This document shows, piece by piece, positions 52,374 to 61,864 of a DNA stretch of 64,000 nucleotides (positions within the stretch are counted from its first letter, which is position 1; every line of letters begins with the position of its first letter). Origin of the DNA: Terriglobia bacterium (GTDB taxonomy: Bacteria; Acidobacteriota; Terriglobia; 20CM-2-55-15); contig CBDCLE010000023.1 of assembly GCA_965218585.1 (NCBI GenBank), positions 1 to 64,000 of the forward strand, written 5' to 3'. Below the pieces are notes generated by a model, which was not told the DNA's origin, searched no databases, and saw nothing but the letters and a program-made list of their open reading frames with translations. The position numbers were made by a program, and so were the translations under genes.

Positions 52374-55300
52374 ATGGCTGATGGCATAAAACAACGTCGT
52401 CTCATCTTCGAGGGTTTGGCGTTTTATTGGCGCACAAACATCGCCGTGATCGCCGGCGTTGCAACCGCGGTCGCCGTTCTTGCGGGAGCCTTGCTGGTGG
52501 GCGACTCCGTACGCGGCAGTCTCCGCGACATGGTCCTCGAGCGAATCGGAAACACAGACCATATCGTCGTGTCGACGACTTTCTTTCGAGAGGCCCTGGC
52601 CCGGGATCTGGGCAATCATCCCGACTTCCCTGCCAGTTTCAACGGTGTGGCTCCGATCATTGTCACCGAGGGACTCGTGACCACTCCAACGGGCGAGGGG
52701 CGAATGGACCGGGTTCGTGTGTACGGTATCGACGACCGGTTCTGGCGGTTCCACGGTGTGGAGGAGTTCACCGGTCCCGGAGGCCGTCAGGCATTAGTCA
52801 GCCCTGCCCTGGCCGAGGGACTCGGTGTTGAGGCAGGAGCCACCATTCTTGTCCGCGTCGAACGACCCTCTGAGATCCCACTGGAGTCCCTCCACGGAAA
52901 CAAGGCCGACCTGGGCCGTACGATTCGCGCCACACTCGGAAGTGTTGTCCCTGGCGAAACGCTCGGCGAATTCTCTCTCGAAGCGGGCCAGGGGGAGGTT
53001 CACGCAGTCTTTCTTCCTCTGGAGCTTGTCACCGAGGACCTCGAAATAGAAGAACGCGTCAACGCGTTGCTCGTTTCGACCACTTTGGCAGATGCCGATG
53101 CCGCAACGGCGGAATTGGAAAGGATGGTTCGGAGCGAAGCCGAATTGGAAGATCTGGGTCTCGGTCTGAGACTCTTGGGACAACCCCAGGCGCTCGCAAT
53201 TGAAGGCTCTGGCGGTTTGATCGACGATCAAAAGGTTGATATCGCACTGGAGGCCGGGGCAGCCATGGGCCTGGAAGCACGCCCAATTTTCACCTATCTG
53301 GTCAACAGGCTCGGCAACGCTTCAACTGAAATCCCTTATTCGCTTGTAACCGCAACCGACCTCACCCGCTTAGTCGGAGAAGAACTGTCTTCTGTGTCAG
53401 GTCTGCCGCCAATCGTCCTCACTGACTGGGCCGCCGAGGATCTCAGCGTTTCAAGCGGAGATCGTCTCTCGATGGAATACTACGTCTGGGTGGAACCTGG
53501 TCAACTGGTCACTCGGGAAACCGACTTCGAAGTCGTGAACGTAGTTCCCATCGACGCCGGAGATCGCGACATGGCTCCGACCTACCCGGGCATTACGGAT
53601 TCGGAAGCTCTGGCTGACTGGAATCCGCCGTTTCCGATCGATCTCGCACGTATCCGCCCTGTCGACGAAGAGTTCTGGAATCTTTATCGGACGACACCCA
53701 AGGCGTTTATCCCGCTCGAAGTCGGCCGCGAGCTCTGGCAGTCCCGTTACGGATCCATTTCGTCTATTCGTCTGGCTCCGGAAACGGAGACAGAAGAACT
53801 AGCGGGGGAGACTCTTGTCGCCAATTACGCCGAACGTCTTGGAACACTTCTCGACCCGCTCGGTTTTGGCCTGGCCGTTCGGTCGGTGCGTTCCGAAGGT
53901 CTCGAGGCCTCGCGCGGCGCGACGAACTTTGGCGAGTACTTTGTGTACTTCAGTTTCTTCCTGGTTGTCTCGGCCCTGATGTTGGCGGCGTTGTTCTTCA
54001 AGTTGAGTGTCGAGCAACGTGGCCGTGAGATTGGGTTGCTGCGGTCGGTTGGCTTTACTCCGCCAATGGTCCGACGCCTATTTCTCATTGAAGGATTGAT
54101 CCTGTCTTCAATCGGTGCCCTCATCGGTGTGTGGGGCGGGATCGGGTACGCCTCGCTCCTGGTCACCGGCCTCGGCACATGGTGGGTCGATGCCGTTGGA
54201 ACCACCGCTGTAACGCTTCATGTTTCGGGCTTATCTCTGGCAGCAGGCGTAGTGGGTGGAATCGCAGCGGCCATGGCATGCATCTGGGTAACTCTCCGAA
54301 GCCTGTCATCGGTGTCCGAACGCCGGTTGCTGGCGGGGCAGCTTTCCCAGGAGAACGCTGGACAGAGGGGTCGAACTCGGCCAGCCCGGCTGGGGGCGGT
54401 GTCGCTGGGCAGCCTCGGCATCGCACTCATCGTCGGAGCGGGAATGGGTTTCGTCGATCAGGCGGCTGGCTTTTTTGGAGCGGGAATGGCGTTTCTGGCA
54501 GCCAGTCTTTGTTTTCTCGCACTTCGATTCGGCCGTCGGCGCGAAGCGGTGCTCGGAGGCCAGGGCTGGTGGCCGGTCTCGCGGCTGGGTCTCCGGAACG
54601 CGACCTATCGTCCCGCTCGAAGCGTCACTGCAATCGGAATGATCGCGGCGGCAACTTTCATTTTGATATCGGTCGATGCCTTCAGAAGGGACACGGTATC
54701 GAACGCGGGTCCCGAGTCCGGACTGGGGGGTTACCCCTTGCTCGTCGAGTCCCTTCTGCCTATGTTGGAAGATCCAACCAGCCCTGCAGGCCAGGAATTT
54801 CTGGGGTTGGGAAGCATCGACTCCGCAGCTGTATCTCCGTTCCGACTCAGACCGGGTGACGACGCCAGTTGCCTGAACCTGTACGCCCCCACAAATCCGA
54901 GGATCGCGGCACCCAGCGACGCGTTCATCGAACAGGGACGTTTTGCGTTTCAGGATTCGCTTGCGTCGAATGATGCAGAACGTGCCAACCCGTGGCTCCT
55001 CCTCCAACGGGATGGACCCGACGGAACAATTCCCGTGATCGGCGATGCAAACTCGATGACCTATGTCCTGCACCGGAAGCTGGGCGAGGAGATCCTCATA
55101 ACCGAAGGAGACCGCACAATTCGGCTGCGGCTCGTTGCGACTCTGGACGACAGTATTTTCCAGGGCGAGCTCCTGATGTCTGAAACTCATTTCCTGGAAC
55201 AGTTTCCTTCACAGGAAGGATATCGACTCCTGCTTGTGGAGACAGAAGCAGGAAGCGTGGCCCAGGCCGAAGAATCGATCGAAAACGCCCTGGCGGACTA

Positions 55301-55739
55301 TGGAGCGACGGCGACGCCGACTGCCGAGCGTCTCGCCCAGTTCCACCAGGTCGAGAACACCTACCTGTCGACGTTTCAGATGCTGGGTGGACTGGGCCTG
55401 CTGCTTGGAACCGTCGGCCTGGGCGCGGTCCTGTTGCGAAACGTTCTGGAACGACGGCGGGAACTGGCACTGATGCGTGCGCTCGGTTACCTCGAACGAG
55501 ACTTTCTCGCGATGTCGATGGCAGAGAACGTGATGTTGCTGACCGTGGGACTGGTGACCGGCGCGGCATGCGCCTTCCTGGCTACGCTTCCGGTTATCCT
55601 GGATCGTGGCGGGCAACTTCCCGGTATGCTTGTCTTCGGACTATTGGGTGGCGTTCTGGCGGTTGGACTGGTCACCTCCCTGGGGGCGACGATTGCCGTC
55701 CTCCAGTCACCTCTGTTGCCGGCTCTAAGAGAGGAGTGA
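52374..55739 (+). CDS. Duplicated FtsX/MacB-type ABC permease (1121 aa)
   Basis: Two FtsX-like TM bundles (EQRGREIGLLRSVGF; ERRRELALMRALG) with large periplasmic loops. Confidence 0.9.
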   Translation: MADGIKQRRLIFEGLAFYWRTNIAVIAGVATAVAVLAGALLVGDSVRGSLRDMVLERIGNTDHIVVSTTFFREALARDLGNHPDFPASFNGVAPIIVTEGLVTTPTGEGRMDRVRVYGIDDRFWRFHGVEEFTGPGGRQALVSPALAEGLGVEAGATILVRVERPSEIPLESLHGNKADLGRTIRATLGSVVPGETLGEFSLEAGQGEVHAVFLPLELVTEDLEIEERVNALLVSTTLADADAATAELERMVRSEAELEDLGLGLRLLGQPQALAIEGSGGLIDDQKVDIALEAGAAMGLEARPIFTYLVNRLGNASTEIPYSLVTATDLTRLVGEELSSVSGLPPIVLTDWAAEDLSVSSGDRLSMEYYVWVEPGQLVTRETDFEVVNVVPIDAGDRDMAPTYPGITDSEALADWNPPFPIDLARIRPVDEEFWNLYRTTPKAFIPLEVGRELWQSRYGSISSIRLAPETETEELAGETLVANYAERLGTLLDPLGFGLAVRSVRSEGLEASRGATNFGEYFVYFSFFLVVSALMLAALFFKLSVEQRGREIGLLRSVGFTPPMVRRLFLIEGLILSSIGALIGVWGGIGYASLLVTGLGTWWVDAVGTTAVTLHVSGLSLAAGVVGGIAAAMACIWVTLRSLSSVSERRLLAGQLSQENAGQRGRTRPARLGAVSLGSLGIALIVGAGMGFVDQAAGFFGAGMAFLAASLCFLALRFGRRREAVLGGQGWWPVSRLGLRNATYRPARSVTAIGMIAAATFILISVDAFRRDTVSNAGPESGLGGYPLLVESLLPMLEDPTSPAGQEFLGLGSIDSAAVSPFRLRPGDDASCLNLYAPTNPRIAAPSDAFIEQGRFAFQDSLASNDAERANPWLLLQRDGPDGTIPVIGDANSMTYVLHRKLGEEILITEGDRTIRLRLVATLDDSIFQGELLMSETHFLEQFPSQEGYRLLLVETEAGSVAQAEESIENALADYGATATPTAERLAQFHQVENTYLSTFQMLGGLGLLLGTVGLGAVLLRNVLERRRELALMRALGYLERDFLAMSMAENVMLLTVGLVTGAACAFLATLPVILDRGGQLPGMLVFGLLGGVLAVGLVTSLGATIAVLQSPLLPALREE

Positions 55740-56780
55740 CTCGAAGCTTGACATGACAAGAATCAAACGCACAACGAAGTGGATTTTCGTTCTCCTTTCA
55801 GGAATGACGCTGGTGGGTGGAGCCCTGTCGGTCACGACGACGTCCCAGGAGTTGGGAATCCCCTCCAGCGGACTCGGCGAAAGTTTGGGCGTTCGAATGG
55901 TTCCCGTCGAGGGCGAGGGTGCACAGTATTGGTCCCGTTGGCGGGGACCGTCGGGTCAAGGACAGGTGGAAGGGAGCGGCTATCCCGATACCTGGTCCGC
56001 GACCGAAAACGTCCTCTGGAAGACGCCCGTTCCCGGAAGCAGAAATTCGTCTCCCATCGTGTGGGATGACCTCATTTTCCTGACGACGTCCTACGACCGG
56101 GGGGACCGACTGTCCCTTCTGGCGTACCGGCGCTCTGATGGCGAGTTGCTCTGGGAGAGCTTCGCCCCGGACGGGGTATCGGAACGGCCCCATCAGAAGA
56201 ACGGCCATGCCTCCGCGACGCCGACGACCGATGGCGAACGCGTCTACGTCTCGTTTGGTGCCCGCGGGATGGCGGCATTTAGTTTGGACGGTGAACTGCT
56301 CTGGAATCAGGATGTGGGGCGGATCAACAACTATCACGGCACGGCCGGTTCACCTCTGGTTTATAAGGACCGCATCATCATCTTTCAGGATCACTCCGCA
56401 GGTTCGTTCGTGGCTGCTTTCGATACGCGAACAGGCCAGGAGTTGTGGCGAACACCCCGCCAGGCGAGTGTTGGCTGGGGCTCACCGATCGCGGTTCAGG
56501 TGGACGACCACGACGAGATCATCGTCCACAGCCAGAGACGGGTGAATGCATACGATCCCGACACTGGAAGAGAGTTGTGGTACTGCAACGGAAACACCTT
56601 CGAGGTGATTCCCACACCTGTCGTCGGCTACGGAATGCTGTTCTGCTCCTCGGGCCGCGCGGGTCCGACGATGGCTATAAAGCCCGGTGGTACGGGCAAC
56701 GTCACCGACAGCCACCTGGTGTGGTCGAGTCCCAGAGGATCTCCATTCGTTCCGTCTCCGATTCTCTATGGCGACCAACT

Positions 56781-58640
56781 CTTGTCCAACGTCAATCAGA
56801 ATTCCTTCTCGCATTGACTCATTGAAAATGTTACCGAACTGAGGGTTGTTGCCTCATTAGAAATGTTACCCAACTCTATGAGAACGGAGGTGGGAAGTGA
56901 GGACACACATGACTGTTGCGGCAAGGCGAGAATTAGCTCTACGAACGGCGGTTCGCTACAAGAATGCGGCGCGACCGGAGAAGAAGCGAATCCTGGATGA
57001 GTTCCTTGAATCGACCGGGTTCCATCGGAAGCACGCGACACGGCTTCTGAACGACATTCTGAGGGGCGAACGGCCCCGACGGCAACCGCGCGGCCGGGTC
57101 CGTCGATACGGCCCCGCGGTGCAGGCCGCCCTGATCGCGGCCTGGCGCACAGTCAATGATGTCTGTGGCAAACGGCTCGTTCCGTTTCTGCCGGAGCTGA
57201 TCCCGACCATGGAGCGTCACGGGCATCTGTTATTGTCTGATAAAACGCGGGCGGATCTGCTTGAGCTGAGCGCCGCCACGGCTGATCGGATCTTCCGTCA
57301 ATTCCGATTCGATCATCGACCGCACGGCAAGACCACCACCAAGTCCGGACAGTTACTCAAACACCGCGTTCCGATTCGCACATTCGCCGACTGGGCGGAC
57401 ACGCGGCCGGGATTCATGGAAGCGGACTTGGTTGCACACTGCGGCGGGAACTCGGAAGGCCCTTTCCTCCACACCCTGGTACTGACCGACGTGGCGACCG
57501 GCTGGACCGAATGTCTGGCGTTGCTACGGCGTACGGAGGCGGACATTCTGCAGGCGCTCACGACGGCACGGCAGATCCTTCCGTTTCAGCTTGTCGGCCT
57601 GGACACGGATAACGGTTCCGAGTTCATGAACTACGGACTCCTCGCCTACTGCGAGCGTGAAACGATTCAATTCACCCGAGGCCGGGCGCGCCGGAAGAAC
57701 GACCAGTGCTTCGTCGAACAGAAGAACGGCTCGATCGTCCGCCAATTGGTCGGCTACGACCGCTACGAAGGCTCACTGGCATACAGGCAGCTTGCCGAGC
57801 TCTACCGAGTGGTCCGGCTCTACGTGAACTTCTTCCAGCCGTCCATGAAGCTCACGACGAAGACTCGCGATGGATCCCGGGTGACGAAACGCTACGATAT
57901 CGCGCAAACACCCTATCAACGGCTCTCGAATTCGGATGCGCTCGACCCGGAGGTTCGCGTTCGCCTTGCTGCGATTTATGAACGTTCGGATCCGGTCGAT
58001 CTCCTACGACAGCTTGAGAAACTCCAGGATGCATTCTGGAGACATGCGAAGGAACTGGCCTCTCCCACGCTAACGGACGACATCGTGCGCGCCGCCCTTG
58101 TGTCCCCGAACTGCGACGCAGATGCAGACCGAGCCCCGATTGAGGCGGAACTCCCCGATCCCGGCTTCGAGCAACGAATCACGCGTCGGTATCGCAAAAC
58201 ACGGAAACAACCTGTGCCCCACATCTGGCGTACTCGCCCGGACCCGTTCGACGGCGTCTGGGAGGAGATGCGGTCATGGCTTGAATCCGATCCCGGGCGA
58301 ACATCAAAGTCGCTGTTGCTTGAGCTTCAGCAGCGGCGCCCGGGACGTTACCCCAACGGTCAGTTACGGACCCTGCAGCGGCGCGTGCGCGAATGGCGGC
58401 GTCAGATTCTGGAGACTTTCGATGGCGAGTGGCTCGAACTGGATCGGGTCCGCCCGGCTTCAGCATCTGCGGGCGACGGGGGCTGTGGAAAAGGCGGTCG
58501 CCCCACAGCCTCGACGGCGGGAAGAACTCTCCCGTTTGACCGGTCGTTCGGTAACATTTTCGATGAGGCAACAACCCTCAGTTCGGTAACATTTTTAAAT
58601 GAGGCAATACGGCCGGGAGTTTTGATTGTCGCTGATCAAG
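56781..58640 (+). mobile_element. 1860-bp IS (ISNCY-like DDE element) with terminal and subterminal inverted repeats; probable 2-bp CT duplication
   Basis: Terminal IR CTTGTCCAACGTCAATCAGAATTCC vs CTTGATCAGCGACAATCAAAACTCC (19/25); ~63-bp subterminal IR begins exactly 32 nt inside both ends; host reading frame rejoins across it. Confidence 0.9.
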
Positions 58641-58738
58641 CTCTACATCGTCAACGACATGGCGAGCATCGCGACGTCCTTCGATGCCAGAACCGGAGAC
58701 AGTCTGTGGCAGGGACGGCTGGGAGTTGTAAGGCGTGA
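56897..58738 (+). CDS. DDE (integrase-core) transposase
   Basis: EADLVAHCG, TDVATGW, DTDNGSEF, KNDQCFVEQKN; C-terminal WRTRPDPF...LRTLQRRV; ORF reads through the right end. Confidence 0.9.
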   Translation: MRTHMTVAARRELALRTAVRYKNAARPEKKRILDEFLESTGFHRKHATRLLNDILRGERPRRQPRGRVRRYGPAVQAALIAAWRTVNDVCGKRLVPFLPELIPTMERHGHLLLSDKTRADLLELSAATADRIFRQFRFDHRPHGKTTTKSGQLLKHRVPIRTFADWADTRPGFMEADLVAHCGGNSEGPFLHTLVLTDVATGWTECLALLRRTEADILQALTTARQILPFQLVGLDTDNGSEFMNYGLLAYCERETIQFTRGRARRKNDQCFVEQKNGSIVRQLVGYDRYEGSLAYRQLAELYRVVRLYVNFFQPSMKLTTKTRDGSRVTKRYDIAQTPYQRLSNSDALDPEVRVRLAAIYERSDPVDLLRQLEKLQDAFWRHAKELASPTLTDDIVRAALVSPNCDADADRAPIEAELPDPGFEQRITRRYRKTRKQPVPHIWRTRPDPFDGVWEEMRSWLESDPGRTSKSLLLELQQRRPGRYPNGQLRTLQRRVREWRRQILETFDGEWLELDRVRPASASAGDGGCGKGGRPTASTAGRTLPFDRSFGNIFDEATTLSSVTFLNEAIRPGVLIVADQALHRQRHGEHRDVLRCQNRRQSVAGTAGSCKA

Positions 58739-59026
58739 GGGTTTTTCCGCATCACCAGTTGCCGTGGATGGCAAAGTCTTCTTCACCAACGACAACGGTG
58801 AAACCTTTGTACTCCGGGCCGGCAGAGAATTCGAGCTGTTGCATGTGAACGATATCGGGGAACGCACGCTGGCTTCACTGGCGCTCGTCGATGGCCGATG
58901 GTATATCCGGACCGGACAGAATCTGATTTCGATCGGCGAGTGAGGTAATCGATCCGCTGGTTTAATGTTTGTCATAGCAGTTTGACAAGCGTAAACTTTG
59001 TGAGTTGAGTTGAGGGAGGACAGTCA

Positions 59027-59656
59027 GTGGTTCAGTCAGAGTCAGTTGTTCCAACCGCACAAGGGGAGGCGACCCGGAGCCGGATACTCGATGCAGCAGC
59101 GCAGGCCTTTTCAGAACGCGGTTTCAGCGGTGCCACTTTGCGTGATATCGGAGCGGCTGCGGGTGTTCCATTTCAGTCGATCCGTCACCACTTTGGGTCC
59201 AAGGAAGATCTCTAGGAAGCGGTCGTTGAGGAATTGAGCCGACACAGCCAGGAAGGCGCACTCCGTAATGAGGAGGTCATCGCATCACTTCCGCCCCGTG
59301 AACAACTCCGTGCGCAGATCTTCGCGCTTGTTGCCCGTGTAGCGGAACACCCCCAACTGTCCCGGATGCTCTTGCGCGAGGCGATGAAGGACAGTGACCG
59401 CTATCGAAAGGCCTACGAATTGCATGTCCGCGACCTTACAGTATTAGCGGGCAGGTTCTTCGGGCGCATGCAAGAGGCCGGTGTCGTCAAGGAAATTCCC
59501 ATTGAGGATTTCCTGTTCGTCTGGGAGGGTGCCCTACTCCACCGTTTGGTGGCTCCCGCTGCCAACCAGCTTCGCACCGGAAAACCCATCACGGACCGCG
59601 GTGTCATCGAACGCCATGCAAATGCGGTGACACAGTTACTCCTGAAGGACGGGTAA
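59027..59656 (+). pseudogene. TetR-family regulator with an in-frame TAG at 59213-59215
   Basis: RILDAAAQAFSERGF.GATLRDI...HFGSKEDL*EAVV; the TAG sits where TGG (Trp) would be expected and the frame continues to 59656. Confidence 0.85.
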
Positions 59657-59676
59657 CAGGACCATCCTGAGGCCAG

Positions 59677-60078
59677 GTGAAACATCTGACACACGGCGTC
59701 GCCGTCCTGGTCTCTCTGATGTTCGTGTTCATCGGCAGTGTGAAACTCTTCGGGGTACCCCAGTCGATGTTCGAATTCCAGCTCGAAAACTACTTCAATG
59801 CGTACGGCCTGACCCGAGGGCATATGTTTGCCGTAGGGCTGGCCGAACTGTTTGGAGCCGTCGCGATCTGGTGGCACCGCACACGGTGGATCGGGCTTGC
59901 GGGACCCGCCGTTCTTGTCGTCGTGACCCTCGGGGCCACTTATTACCATCTCCAGTTCGACACGGTTCGAGAAGCACGCCCCGCGATAATGATGCTGACC
60001 TTGTCTTCGTTCGTTCTGTTGATGTCGTGGTATCTCCACTTTCGCCCTTCAAATGTGTTGGAGAGAAGCCCGGAGTAA
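59677..60078 (+). CDS. DoxX-like membrane protein
   Basis: Four hydrophobic segments; F...G..KL, VGLAELFGA, GA.YYH. Confidence 0.8.
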   Translation: MKHLTHGVAVLVSLMFVFIGSVKLFGVPQSMFEFQLENYFNAYGLTRGHMFAVGLAELFGAVAIWWHRTRWIGLAGPAVLVVVTLGATYYHLQFDTVREARPAIMMLTLSSFVLLMSWYLHFRPSNVLERSPE

Positions 60079-60233
60079 GGCCAGCCGGGCAATCCGCCAC
60101 CTCGAACGGGCGTTTTTCCCCCCAATACCCCTCCCCTATTGTTAGACTCACCGGAATCTCAACCTCTACTGTAGGTGCGCTCTATGAGCGCACAGTCAAA
60201 AGGACGAAGAGAAGTTCAACAGAAGGAGGCCGC

Positions 60234-61782
60234 ATGCATATCCGGCATCTCTATTTCGCGATTCTAGTCGTTGTCGTTGCGCTCGGTAGCGCATGCAGTT
60301 CTCCGCCTCTTATCATCGAAGGGTTGACGTTGGACCCAAGACCGAGTGAGTCGGTTCCCCTGGCCGCACAGGTGACCTTTGAAACAAACCGGCCGACAAC
60401 GGTGGCACTGCTGTTCGACGATGGTGATCGAACCTGGACCTCCGACTTGGGGCTCTCAAGCCAGACACGCCATGTCGTTCCGGTCCTGGGCATGCGTCCG
60501 GGTCGGACACATCAAGTTCGTGTGGTCGTTACCGATCAGGACGGACTCACGGCAACGTCCGAACTGCTGGCGATCACGACCGATCCTCTCCCCGAACTCT
60601 TTCCTCCGATAGACGTTCGCATCAGCGAGCCGGAACGAATGGAGCCGGGTGTGACTGTTTTCAGCCTTTCCTACAGGCCCGAAGGGGGAGGCGGTGGAAA
60701 CGTGGGCCTCGCCGTCGCGGTGGACGAGGCCGGAGAAGTAGTCTGGTACTACACCACCGACCATGGCGTTCGGGATATCCGGCAGCTCGACAACGGCCAT
60801 ATCCAGTATCTCTCCCGAAATCCCGGTGAGCCCTTATACGAAATCGAGTTTTCACCACGAAGCCTTCCGGACAGCAACGGGAAACATCCTGACCTCCAGT
60901 GCGGATCTGAGAACCTATGACAACTACCCGACCAGCGATTCGGACCCCAATGCACCTCGAGGTGCCGCCGAATTGATCGGGGACACTCTGATCGAATTCA
61001 CTCCCGAGGGAGAAATCGTTCGTGAAGTGAAACTACTGGACCTGGTCGATCCCTACCGTTTTGGATATGGATCGATCGGAGGGGGAGCAGCCCTGGGAAA
61101 CGTCTTCGGTCCTCGGGGTGAGAATCCCCGTCACGACTGGGCCCATCTCAACGCCGTCATTCCAGACGACACCGGACGCTACGCGATTGCATCCCTCAGG
61201 CACCAGGACGCTGTAGTGAAGGTCGACATGGAGACAGGTGAACTGGTTTGGATTCTGGGCAACCACGACGGATGGGGACCCCGATGGCAGGATCTTCTAT
61301 TAGAGCCCCAGGGCGACCTCCTCTGGAACTACCATCAGCATGCGTCCACGATCACGCCAAGCGGAACACTCCTCATGTTCGACAACGGCAATTTCCGCGC
61401 GTCACCGTACGAGGAACCGATGACGCCGGCAGAGTCCTTCAGCCGAGCGGTTGAATACCGCATCGACGAAGAGAGCATGCAGGTGACGGAAGTGTGGTCC
61501 TCTGGAGATGATGGAGACGAACGCTTCTTCGCTAACTTCCAGGGTGACGCCGACTGGATGCCACAGACGGGCAACGTTCTTATTACGTATGGAGGACTGG
61601 TCTCAGACGCTGACGGGATCTCTGTGGAAGGCCAAGCCGGTCACAGTTGGGCTCGAATCGCGGAGGTGACCCATGATACTCCTGCGGAAAAAGTGTTCGA
61701 GTTTTTCATAGACGATCAGCGCCCTGAAGGCTGGTCTGTTTATCGCGCTGAACGACTTCCCAGCCTCTATCCCTCAAGATAG
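60234..61782 (+). pseudogene. Second aryl-sulfate sulfotransferase paralog with an internal deletion/frameshift near 60848
   Basis: Collinear with 9958..11571 (both end AERLPSLYP); about 30 codons between LYEI and HHE are missing and the frame shifts. Confidence 0.85.
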
Positions 61783-61864
61783 ATTCCACGGTTGAAAATA
61801 GTTCGAGGAACTGAAGGAAGGGCGCTGCCGCGGGCCCAAACCAACGGCAGCGATGATTCGAATA

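Larger units (their letters stand above)
55753..58943 (+). pseudogene. PQQ-like beta-propeller gene interrupted by an IS
   Basis: WSRWRGPSGQG...PSPILYGDQ|LYIVND...FSASPVA: the frame is restored when 56781-58640 and one CT are removed. Confidence 0.9.

Noticed and set aside
59213-59215. Pyrrolysine or amber recoding in tetR
   Set aside because: A simple TGG>TAG change explains it; no pyl genes are present and TAG ends many intact genes here
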